A DNA stretch of 64,000 nucleotides from Macrostomum lignano (taxonomy: Eukaryota). A program made the position numbers and the translations under genes. The DNA lies in contig NIVC01003260.1 in NCBI GenBank assembly GCA_002269645.1, positions 1-64,000 of the forward strand, written 5' to 3'. Positions 1 through 11,934 of the stretch are shown piece after piece. Every line of letters begins with the position of its first letter. Position 1 is the stretch's first letter. The notes beneath the pieces were generated by a model. That model ran no database searches. It saw only the letters and a program-made list of their open reading frames with translations, and was not told where the DNA came from.

Positions 1-1586
1 TGCCGAGTGACTGCGAAGCCCGACTCAGCTTCTGGCAGAAGTCGGCGGCCGCCTGCTCGTCTCGCGATTGAGCAATTCCTTTATGCCGCTCCAATCCCTA
101 CGCTCATGAGAGTAGATCATGCCCCACTACGAGGCTTGTTAACAGGCAAGATCCTACAGATCAATAACCAGATACTCAGATGGCTACTCCGATTGCAACA
201 GTTCCAAATTCAGTTTTCGAAAACCCTAGACAGAATCCGCCGAAGTTACTTCTGGATCGCCATGATCTCAGACATTCGGGATTCTGTAACGACTGCATTA
301 ATTGTGGTAGAAATAAGTCAGGAAAAATTCACAAAGAACTGATTCAATTCTTTGTTCACTGATTCAAATCCCAATGAAACCAATGGACTAGTTGTCAGAG
401 GACATAGTAGGGCCCATGGTCCCAACAAATATTCGGAACGAGACAGTGGCACACATACTTACGATCCTATTCTGTTTTTCGAAATTCGCATTCGCGATTC
501 CGATCCCAGATCTTACAGCAGACACGACAGCAGAGACACTGTTCTCAGTCTTTTGTACCTTTGGGATCCCAGCTGCAATGTCAACAGTGGCAAGAACTTT
601 ACTGTCACACTTCTGTCCGAAGCCCTGGAGATCCTAGGGATAAAACACATTCTCACGTCACCCTACAACCCAAGAGCTAATCACGTGGAACGTCTACATT
701 CGACTCTCCAAAATATGCTCCGACATATTGCTCCAACACCACCGAAAATCAAAACCAATGCATAAGTACCTCCAAGCCACAACGTTGGCTTATAACACAG
801 CGAAACTCACCATTCGAGCTAGTCTTTGCCAGAAAACCACTAAATAATGTCCATGCAGCTTACAACCCAATTGAACCTGGTCAAGTACATGAATGAAACC
901 TCGTTTGCAGCCCGAATGCAAGAGTGCATAATGCTGACACGAGAAATTGTCAGACACCGCCTACAGGTAGCCCAGAAGAAAAACACTGAAAGAGCCAATA
1001 AAAACCGCAAGCCGACTACTCTAGAAGTAGGCAGCAGGATTATGCTGCAAGTAACCTATGAAACAGGGCAAACATCATGTTGAAATCGTAATAGCACCTA
1101 ATACACCGTTCATATTAGCAGCAAGTACCCTCGGATGAACAGATGTACTTGACGGACTTAGACACGGTAGAAATGATTACACAATTGACGAGCACGGCGA
1201 CATCCCCATCCTGGTCAAGCCGCTGTTCCACGAAACAACAATCGCACTGTGAGAGGAAGAGAGAGACCAGAAGACAAACCCAGCAACACTATGGAAAGCA
1301 GGCGGCAGACACTGCAGTTACGGTGGAGCACCCGGAGAGTGGACATGCCGCCGTCAAGGTCATTGACACCCGCTGGAGAGCAACCTGGAGAAGTTGAACA
1401 GCAAGTTAGATACGCCACGTCATTCAGAGCAAGCCGACAAGCTTGATACAGTGAGATGCAACTATTTGATATTCACATGGACATGCTCGAAATCCCCAAA
1501 CCATAAAATAGTGTCCACTTAACAACGAAGCGCAATCTGGCTTCTCTCTGATTGCAACATCCTGCGCCACTATTCAACAATTGTTT
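1..1586 (+). mobile_element. Old, frameshifted Ty3/Gypsy pol fragment (RNase H end, integrase zinc finger, integrase core)
   Basis: ORF 7-342 carries an RNase H C-terminal motif (DHAPL..RWLLRLQQF). YFW..M..DIR and C..C..C..NK give the integrase zinc-finger half. ORF 392-637 has DIVGP...FSKFAFAIP and ORF 352-765 has SGKNF...LGIKHILTSPYNPRANHVERLHSTL (rve core). Motifs are split across frames. The 3' limit is uncertain and the element probably continues after 4804. Confidence 0.8.
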
Positions 1587-4500
1587 TGTGAAGTGCACAC
1601 TGCTTGCCTATCTGAGTGTAACAGTGTACCAGAGACATCAGGGAATTGCTGCTGAAGGAATCTGACTGCAACACTATCAGTCCTGAGACGATGGCTGACC
1701 GCACTACAGCGCTGGAGAGCATCAATGGCAACAGGGGAGCGACGGCCAGCGTAGCGGCGACCACGGCCAGCAATCCGATGGCAGACCAGCTGGGCCGGAT
1801 ACAGGGGCAGCTGACGGAGCTGGCCGCCACTGTCGCCGCCATCGGTATGCGCGGCGGACAGCAGGGCGGAGGAAGAGGCGGCAGTCGAGGCAGGGGCAGC
1901 GCTCGAGGAAGAGGTGGCCGCGGCAGTGCTTCAACTGCTCAATTCCTGGCCACTTTGCCGCCCAATGCCCAAGCCGACAGTCCGCTTCAGCGCCCTAGAT
2001 CACCTGCTACCGCTGCTCGGGCAAAGGGCACCGCGCCGAGACCTTTCCAACTCCGGCTTCGGAAAACTGCTGAGGACTGGTGACCGTGGGCCATCACCAG
2101 CCCTGCTCAGCAAGGCCCGACCTGCCTCTATCTTCCTCCCCGGCAGCATCGCCAGCCAGTCGTGTCGGTGGCTGTTCGACACCGGAGCGCAGGTGACGCT
2201 CGTGTCTGCTGCAAAGCTACGAGCCCTCGGCATCAACGCACAGCTTCAGCCGCCCCTCAGCGCTCCAGTCGGCATCGACGGCCGACATCTAGAGTCTCCA
2301 GCGTGCGCGACTCTGACAGTGCAGCTGCAAGGACTCCCATCGATCGTTCACCAAGTGACAGTAGTTGGAGGCATTCAACCTGAGTGCGTTCTCGGCATGG
2401 ATGCGATCGGCAGGATGGGGTCCGCCTTTAGCGTGGACCTGGGTGCTTCTTCTGTCTAGCTGGGGCCGGCTAAGATACCGATTCTACAGAACGACGGCTC
2501 CCAGCAGGCTTGCCGAGTGGTTCCGAATGCCGTGATAGCGAGGGTGGCCCGCACTGTCGAGGTGCCAGCACGCAGCCGCAATATGTTCCTGTGAAAGTGG
2601 ACTCCTCCTCTGAGCAAGGGCTTTTCGAGCCGAACTCTGACTTCGCTGACAAGACGGGGCTGCTGTCGAACAGGGTGCTTGCGGTGTCCAGCACTGAAGG
2701 TGGCCTGCCCGTGGGCGTCTGCAACCTGGGTGCCGACCCAGTGATGCTGTACGAGAATCAGGCGATTGGCAGTTTCGATGCGGCGGAACTCGCGGAGCGC
2801 GGCAGCAGCAACAGCGAGGATGCTGACTTCAACATCAACCCGGCGCTCAGCGATCCTGACAGAGAGAGAGAGAGAGAGAGAGAGTAGAGCGGCTGCTTCG
2901 CCAGCACGAGAAATCGTTCGCCAGCCACGAGTTCGACCTCGGCACGACACCTCTGCTGCAGCATGAGATCAACCGGGAGCCCGGCAGCCGTCCTATCAAG
3001 CAGCGGCAGCGGACGGTCCCCTCAGCTTCCGGCAGCAGGTGGACGACAAGATCAGCGAGATGTTGCGTCACGGCATCATCGAGCCGTCGTGCAGCCCGTG
3101 GGCGAGCAACCTCCTTGTTGTTCGTAAGAAAAACGACATCCGCATTTGTACTGACTGGAGAGCTCTCAACACGTGCACTATCAAGGACGCATACCCGCTG
3201 CCTCCGCTGTCCGTCGCCCTGGACGCGCTGACGGGGAGTAGCTGGTTCAGCACTCTATATCTTCGACAGGGCTTTCTTCAGGTGGAGATCAGGGAGCAGG
3301 ACCGCGAGAAGACTGCCTTCTACAGCACCCAGGGCCTGATGCAGTACAAGAAGCTGGGGTTCGGATTGTGCAACGCACCTGCAACCTTCCAGCGTCTCAT
3401 GGACTTGACCATGTGCGGCATGAACTGGACGGAGGTGCTCACCTACATGGACGACCTGATCCTGTTCAGCTCGACGTTCGACAGCCACGTCCAGACGCTC
3501 GAGAAAGTCCTGGAGAGGCTCCAGTCAGCCGGTCTCAAGCTCAACAAGCGCAAGAGCTGCTTCTGCTACCAGGAGGTCGAGTATCTGGGTCACGTGATTT
3601 CAGCAGAAGGCATCCGTCCGACTCAGGAAAAGATCAGCGCAATAAAGGCCATCTCGACACCAACCTGCGCAGAGGACGTCCGCCGGCTGGTCGGCATGCT
3701 GGGGTTCCCCACCGGTGCTGCGGCTGCCTGATTTCTCCAAAGAGTTCCAGCTGACCTGCAACAGCAGCGTCGTGGCCATCGCCGGTGTCCTCAGTCAGCT
3801 CCACGAAGGTGTCGAGTGCCCGGTCGTCTACGCCTCGAGAGTGCTTAACAAGGCCGAGTGCAACTATTCAACGACTCACAGGGAGCTGCTGGCGATCGTG
3901 TGGGCGATGAAGCACTTTCGCAACTACCTGGCCTCGGCTGCCATTCGGAAGCTCCTGACAGGTCAGACACCGCAGCAAAGCAGGCCAGCGGTCGAGGCAG
4001 CAGCAATCGTGGCGGCTGAACGGCTGGAGATCGACGACGGCGGCATCATCAGGCGCGGCGGCGAGCCAGTCATTCCGTTGCAGCTCCGTCAGGAGCTTCT
4101 AAGGCTGGCGCACGATGACCCACCGAGCGGACACCTCGGGCCCGAGCGAACTCTGGCAAGGATCGACGGCAAGGGCTGGTGGCCGAGCATCAAGGAGGAC
4201 TTGCAGCACTGGGTGAACAGCTGCGAGAACTGCCAGCATCGCAAGGTGCCTCATCAGCATCAGCGGGCGCCGCTGCAGAGCAATTCGGTGCCGTCACTGC
4301 CCTGGGAGATCGTGCGGGTGGACATCAAGGGGCCCCTGCCAGCCACCGATACCAGCCTCGGCGGTCTGGGAGGGACCGAAGGCCGCCTGATTTTTATGTG
4401 GCCCAGTTTTAAGTCCATGTACGTGTCTTTATTAATTTGCTAATATTCAATTTTGTGTGAGTTACATTGCGGTTTCGTTTGAATTAAAATATTTCGCTAC

Positions 4501-4800
4501 TCGATTTTTTTTCACTACTTGAATTTTTGATAATTGAATTTTACTACTCGGATTTCGCTACTCAAATTTTAGTCCCTTATCCGGTTCGATTTTGGAAGGG
4601 AGTGATGTGAAGTGTACACTGCTTGCCTATCTGAGTGTAATCGTGTATGTTTAGTAATTCATTGCATGTACATATTATCGGTTGTATGAGGTGGGGTTGT
4701 TGCAATCTGGCACGACCCCCAAATATACGAGTAAATAGTCAACCTTGCGCGTCTTAGCAGTTTTCAAGACCGTTTCGTTCTAGCACATACCTGCCTTACA
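1587..4800 (+). mobile_element. Internally deleted Ty3/Gypsy LTR retrotransposon with 4-bp TSD (GTTT)
   Basis: Starts TGTGAAG (1587) and ends CTTACA (4800), with GTTT at 1583-1586 and 4801-4804. The first 35 bp recur at 4606 with 1 mismatch. Internal parts: gag zinc knuckle CFNCSIPGHFAAQC (~1927), protease LFDTGA (~2170), RT (3039-3731; WASNLLVVRKK, DAYPLP, GLCNAPATFQR, YMDD), RNase H (ELLAIVWAMKHFR) and integrase HHCC...DIKGP (to ~4350). Each junction is deleted or frameshifted. Confidence 0.93.
4606..4800 (+). repeat. 3' LTR (195 bp) of the Gypsy element, preceded by a polypurine tract
   Basis: TGT...ACA termini. PPT GGAAGGGAGTGA at 4594-4605 abuts the start. The first 35 bp match the truncated 5' LTR at 1587. 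Confidence 0.88.
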
Positions 4801-5585
4801 GTTTGTTCACTACGGCGCACATGGCACCTTCACTTGCATCATAATTCAAATCTCCATCGAAACCTAGCATTCTTCCTGATTCATCCTTGGGGTCCGAAGC
4901 CAGAAGAGCTATGTACCACGCTTCTTAAATATCTACTCAATGCTTCAGCCTATCATAGCATTCATATTAGCAGCAACAAGGAGGTTGTGAAACATAAAGT
5001 CCGATCCGATTCGCCGGCACTGTTGCAGTGGCCGCAGCTAAAGATGGCGCTGGAAGCCGCACTCTCGCGAGATCCTACTTCTCAGTAGAGACTTAGGAAC
5101 TCGTGACGAGGGTGGCAACACAGGGCTCGGACCTACTGAGCGATGCGCCAGGCAGTTCCATCCCGTGGGGAACCCATTGCAGTGCAAAGCAGATTTACAA
5201 GAAATTACCGAGGTGAGCGGTACGCCAGCTGAGGAATAAGATTGTGAACTTCGCTGCAATAAACCTCCGCACAGCTTAAGCAAACAAAATACTGCAGTTT
5301 CAAATAATTCTTTGGGAACTAAACTTCTTGGGAAAGCAAAGCAAAAAACTAAATTTTTAACCTCCTTATATTCGCGATCGTGAACGATCACTACTACTTT
5401 TAAGTAGCCCATAATGGTCACTTTGATTATATCCCAAATGATGAACAGTTGGCAAGTAGTATAGTACTAGTAGTAAGTATACAAGCTTAGAAATTTCTGG
5501 AAACATAATAGTGGCACGACACTTCGTTTCTTGGAAAGTTTTAAGGAGCAGCAGGTTTTTTCAGAAAAAATACACTACGGAGATA

Positions 5586-7116
5586 CCGTGGCGCACAATT
5601 AATTAAGACCACCTAGTAAAATTATTTTATCTTTGCCATACTGGCCGGTCTTTAAGCTAAATTCAAGTACTAAATTGGAAGTAAAGCTTGTAGAAATATT
5701 AATTTTTGTTGTTTGTATAGTATTTTTGTTCAATTTCCAGCAGGTTTAAGTTCAAAATGCTGATCTTTGAATGGGAAGTACAGTTTTAGGTTGAACATTG
5801 AAATAAGACCATAGATAAATACTAGGGAAATAAGTAAAGCAAATGTCACTGATACCAAACTATCTACTCTAATGCTTTGTAGCATGTCTTTTTGACTTAA
5901 TCACAACATTGCACCGCCTAGGCATGCTGTCCACCAGCTTCTGGGACACTTCTGCCGCGATGGAAGCCCACGAGTCCTTAATGACACGGTACAGCTGACC
6001 AAGGGAAGATGGCTGCTGCTGCCTCTGGATGTCCCACTCGACCCAGTTCCACAGATTCTCAATCGGATTGAGGTCTGGTGACTGCGCTGGCCAGTCTATG
6101 GTGTGGATGTTGTTATCAGCAAGCCATACCTTCAAAATCTTTGAGGTGTGCTTGGGATCGTTGTCCTGCTGAAACTGTCATCTGCTGCCTCTGGTAGGTG
6201 GCTGCTGAGGATGTCACGGTACTTCTAACTGTCCATGACGCTCTCAATGCCAGTTTTTGGCCCAGGTCCAGCTCTAGAGAACGCAGCCCACACCATGACA
6301 TTGCCACCTCCATGCTTCATGGTACCAACAGTGCACCTGGGATCGAATTCCTCACTAGCTCGGCGGCGCACACCGGCAGCCATCAGAAACAGTGCGGGAA
6401 AATTTGCTCTCGTCACTCCAGATGGTCTTGGCCCAGTCCTGGGGTGTCCAGCTTGCATGCTGCTTCGGCCAGTTCAAGCGCCGCTTCCCGGTTTTTGTCG
6501 GAGATAAATGGCTTCTTCCTAGCAATGCGGCCATGCAGTCCGGCAGCTACCAAACGGTGGCGGACAGTCATTGGGTGCAGCTGGACACCTCTGGAAACCA
6601 GAAATCACGGCTGATGTCCACAGCGGTGAGCCGACGGTTGGACTCGGGCATTCGCACGATGCGACGATCCAGTCGGTGGTCAGTTTTCGGTGCCCTGCCA
6701 AGTCTTGGGGCACAGCCTGTGCTGCTGAGGGGCTTGAGGGCTTGCTGGACACGACTCAGGCGATGGAGCTCTGCCTTTCCCTATTCTAGAAGAGTTCGAG
6801 ATAACTTTTTGCTTGGGGTATAGTACTTAATTAGATGTTTTGGACTTTCAGAATCAGCAGGGACACTTTTATAACACCCTATAGCCCAATTAATTAGGTG
6901 TCTTATTACTGTGTGACTTATCGAATTCGAAAGTGATATAAGGGACTCCAATTAAGCACACTCAATCGCGTGTAATGACCCAACAAATTACTAATTTAAT
7001 TGATTGATACCATGGTTATCTATATCTGATTAGATCAAAATGCTCCCGCAATCTGTGTAGGTTATGAAGTTAGTTCGAATTTGTGTTAGTTGGTCTTAAT
7101 TCATTGTGCGCCACTG
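5586..7116 (-). mobile_element. Tc1-family DNA transposon, full length, transposase inactivated
   Basis: TIRs CCGTGGCGCACAATTAATTAAGACC (5586) and GGTCTTAATTCATTGTGCGCCACTG (ends 7116), flanked by TA on both sides. Minus-strand motifs: TMKHGGGNVMVWAAFS, *QFQQDNDPKH and WPAQSPDLNPIENLW (DD34E type), with an in-frame stop and frameshifts. Confidence 0.93.
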
Positions 7117-10100
7117 TAGGAAGTTTTAATTTTTTTCTGCACTAAAATTCTGCATTGATATTCATAAAGCTTTTCGTTCAGAAAATTTAAAGCCTACATT
7201 GTATGTTATTTTTTATTCTACGTGACTTTCCTTGTGCGTACAAATCATAAAAATTCGTGGTACAGCTTGCTCTTAGGTTTTATAATTATGAATCTATTTT
7301 ATCATATCTGTTACACAAATTTGTTACACAGTCAGCTAAGATCGAATGATAAAAATAGATTCATAAGACCAATGCGCCAAGCCAATGATGATATATAAAA
7401 CAACTGGATTGTCAGACTGGCACTAAAGCATGCTTTTATAGACTAATAAAATAGTTTTTTTTTTCTATTTTTGCTTTCAATATGCATTTAAAAAGTATCA
7501 TCAAAATCATGTTTATTAGGCTAAAACACTTTACTTTGTTAAAATCAGAATAAAGCTGGCAGACGTCCTGACTAGGAGCCTCTTCACGGCAATCGATTCG
7601 AGAACCAGAATCGGTTTGGATTTCCAAGAAAAAAAACAGTATAACTATTTAACTTTGTTGAATGTTTGACTGGCCTTAACAGCCTCACTTTGCACCATTT
7701 TTCACTTTGTTCTTGGCTTTTGCCATTCAATAATCACAATTTTAAAGCACTAATATCCCTCTAGTTTATGAGACAAAAAGTTATACTTTACAAAATGGTT
7801 CTGGTTCTAGAACCAGAACAAGCAAATGAAGAGCCTCTAGGGCATTTAGGAACTATATAGGGGTTTGCGGAAATATCGTTTAAAACTTTTTATTAGTAAT
7901 TTACGAGTAATTTAATTTTTGGCAATTTTGCTAAGTCTAAGCCGTTTTATTTTGCTTTTTTCAAGAAAACCTAATTTTCGTTTTCAATAAATAATCAAAA
8001 TGGGGGATACATCCCCGTATCCACCCTAACTACTACTTCTAGTAGGCATCAATCATTGAAAAAGAGAATCAAAATTCATTATCATTGTCCTAATTATGAA
8101 CTTCGTAAATGCTTGTATAAAACAATAAAAAAACATTAGTGGAATCTAAATTCCTTAGTTGATTCTTCCTTTTCCTAAGTAACGATATATTTGTTTTAAG
8201 TATTTAATGCAAAATGTTCTGACTATTTTATCGGAAATCGTTTGGCAAGTACTCGGACGTCTCTCGTTTATGAACCCAATGTTGTACTTGTGTTGTATAA
8301 GCCCTAATTGGCTCGTCGAGTTATGCAATTATCTACACCTAGTACAACTGTCAAAAGTACCACCCGTCCCCGCGCATGCCTTGCGTAGAAGAATGCATCG
8401 ATTTTTAATAATCTTGAGTGCAAAAAATGTCGACTTGCATAAAGTAGGCCTAGAGAATGCTGGATGGCATGGCACTAGCAGCACGTGACTAATTGTTGAG
8501 TATATTTATACACTTAAAATCCATACGGCGTATAGGCCCTAAGAAATGTACAGTGCTATATTATACTCGTAATCCATTAGGCCTATAATATCTACAGATA
8601 AAGAATATAAGATTATATATGCAGATATGCCCCATGGCCCATAGTTAGGATCATAGCATGCAGATACATGCCCCAGAATATAGGCCCATTTAAGACCAAA
8701 AATACCCTGATGCCCTGATTCCCTAACACTCAGACTCAAAATCTATCCCAATGCCCTAGGCCTAGCCGCCTAGTCCCAATTTTTGCTCCAAGATCCAAAC
8801 TTAGATCTAGTCATTTAGACTTAAGTCTAGGGCTTGCCTGGCAGCCTGGGTTGGACAATATCACATTTTCAAGATTTTCAAGATTTTCAAGACTCAAGAT
8901 TATACTTTTGTGATTCAAGATAAGCCTAGTCTAATTAGCACTGAATAGCCTATTTAGTATTTAAAGGCCTACTGTTCTATTCTATCTGATGAGGGCCTAA
9001 TAGTGCTAATATTGTTTTTTGTTAAATATGTTATATATATAATGTCAATGATAGATCTAATAATAGGTGAAAAACAATTATATAATATTGAGTAACTTGA
9101 TCTTAAAACTCTTAGATCTTAAAGATTGAGATTTAGAAAAGTGCCAAGATCTTGATAATTGAGATCAAGATTGAGATCTTAGGCAATCCTTTGGTTTCCC
9201 ACTCTAAATTAGGCCTATTTAAACCCCAGACCAATAGGCTACCTATAACACATTAGTCAACTATTCATTGCATAATTCGAGACCCCAACAACCCAGCAAC
9301 TTATATAAATACTATAGAGGGAATGTGGGGCAACTGCAAAGCCACTTTTAAGCTATGCACAGAACCAGTGATAATTTGTTTAAAACATACTTATAAAAGT
9401 TTATGTGGTGTCAAGCTTTCCCCCATCCCCATTAGCACTTTGGTTATATTCTCTACTAGATAACATATTACTAGGCCTACCCTATGTAGAACTCTGTGAA
9501 TTTTTGCAAGAACTCTATGAGCTTGTTGGACTCTAAAAAGTTCAAAAAAGGGTTTAAATAATTTAGAGTAGACCTAGGAAATTGAAAGATTGCTAAGATC
9601 TTGTTTGACCCTTAATTCAATCATTTTATCTAGATCTATATTGCAATATTGGCCAACAAATAACCAGCCTGGCTGGGCTTTTTTAGCATGTCAATTGATT
9701 ACTTTGCTATTCCCTAGCCTAACTCTTATCTATGACCTAGGCCTACTTATTTCTACTTTGTCCTTTAGTTTCTGTCTTGCTTTTGATCTATCTCCTTAGG
9801 AGATAGAGGGGATGTTGCTACTCACTAAACTTATTTAATAATTTATTGCTTGTTTTATCCCATGTACAATGTAGTCTCAATTCAATAGCTATTTTATAGA
9901 CAGCCAAACTATTATGCCTATAATATTAGAGCTTATTTATGACAGCTATGGGGGTACAACATTTACTTGTAAGTTTGACAAGCAAAGATCAATAAGCAAA
10001 CTTTAGCAGGCAAATTTCCACAAGCAAAATTCTATAAATAAAAGTTCAACAAAGCAAGTTTGGCAATCAGACTTTGGAAAGCAAATTTCATATACCTAGC

Positions 10101-11934
10101 AGCTATGTCCTATATTATATTCTATATAATATAGAATGCTGCAATGCGTCTCACATTGGAAAGTAGCCATGTTAATAAATGAATTGTTAAAAAAGTGCTT
10201 TTCAGTAAAGTAATATCTTGGCCAAATGAAAGTGTTCAATTGTTTTTATCTAGATCTAAAATATATATTGGCAGTGTATTTTAACAATTCTATCCAAATG
10301 TTAAAATTTTCTCATTATACAAGCATTTCACTATATTAATATATTTTTTAAAGTATAATGTTAGGTTGTTCAATAACCTACTAAAATGTTGTATACTTAA
10401 TAAAAATATTTTTAAATCAATTATACATACATAAATATATGAGAATATGAAATTTACAATTATATTATATATATATATATATATATACAATTGTAAGTTT
10501 CTATATAGTTTATATATATGTCTGTATGACTGCTTAAGTTATCTAGGTCTGCTGGATCTGCATCTACCCCATGCCTACTAACTGACTATATATTGACTAA
10601 GTCTATCTACTTATATTTTATATTTCTATAAAATTATACTTTTCATTTAAGCAGTCATTTATAATAATTTATGATAATTATATTATTTAAGACCTAAAAA
10701 CTAGGCTAAACATAGCCATAGTTAATATTTTATGCCAAAATATATGCCACTTTTAAATTTATCTATGTTCATAGTTCATAGTATGCTGGGCCTATGTATA
10801 CCAATATTGTATATAAAAATACCAAAGTATATACCAACCCTATTGGAAAATGCCACTTTTTGTGATTGGCTTATTGCTGCACTTTTCAAATAAACCTCTA
10901 CAATGTATGCCCCCCTCTGTCTTCATGCTTTTTTTGATTAGCTATAAATCTCTGACCAATGTGAACTAGCATTGGCCCTTCCAACTTGGTAGCAATGTGG
11001 CAAAAAGGAAGAAAGCCAGGGTCCAGATTGTGTAATAGTGTATGGTAGAATAAGAATCCTATCTTAGCTAAATGTATGCTAGTATATACCAAAAATAGAA
11101 ATTTCTCAAAAATGTTTACCAAATTTTCTTTTAAAAAGGTAATTTATCTTTGTGAGTTTTTTAAAGAATTTTTTGTAAGAAAAGTCTTCTTAGAAGTATG
11201 AACATTCTCATTTTAAAATAAAATAAAATTATGCCTCAAAAAACAATTATGAATAATTGTAGTTTTTAGCAATAATTTCACTGATTTTATATAATTTTAA
11301 TAATAAAAAACAAAGAGAATATCTTTGACTTTTTTAGAGTATACAAAGTTTTCTAAACTTTACATTAATATGCTTATATTTATGTCAAAAAATGGCATGA
11401 ATTTGTATGCAAAAATGTGCATGGAAAGTTTGAAAGAGGTTTGAAAGTTTGAAAAAATTCTGGCATACATTTAACCTTCCAGAGTCCAGCAAGAAAGTAA
11501 TGGCTTAGTACAGTAAAAAGGCTATAATTAGCATCTATGACTATAGCTAACTATTTTATTTAATAAATCTTTCAACCATTAGTAATTTCTTTTTTAATTT
11601 TATTAATTCTTGTCTGATTAATAGATTAATGTTACCATTTTTGCACTAAAAATTGATTTTATAAATGCATTAAAAATCTATATGCTAGCATCACTACCTC
11701 TATTACATAAATAGAGATTTTGTATATAATTTTAGCATGTAGCATGTAGAGAATTATCTAACAAAAGCTTTGGGATTAGAGACTGGCATGAACTTGACTT
11801 GACAAGTATCATTTTCGACCAAAACCAGAGTTTGTCTGAGATCTATTTAGGACGTCATTTAAATTGCTTTCTCTGTTGTCACTATAATGCTTCTTGCACT
11901 ACTTCCAGCTATTCAACAATCCAAGTTACTCAGC

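Noticed and set aside
7798-7819. Perfect 22-bp palindrome GTTCTGGTTCTAGAACCAGAAC
   Set aside because: Isolated, with no associated element or second copy.
8980-9015. Possible decayed hammerhead (CTGATGAGGGCC...GTGCTAATATTG) in the CpG-void block
   Set aside because: No GAAA core remains; restoring it needs several assumed mutations.
11887-11934. Hydrophobic N-terminal extension of PIWI (MLLALLPAIQQSKLLS) resembling a signal peptide
   Set aside because: It overlaps a polypyrimidine tract and acceptor (TTCCAG, 11908); PIWI proteins are not secreted, and ATG 11935 starts the GRG-rich region.
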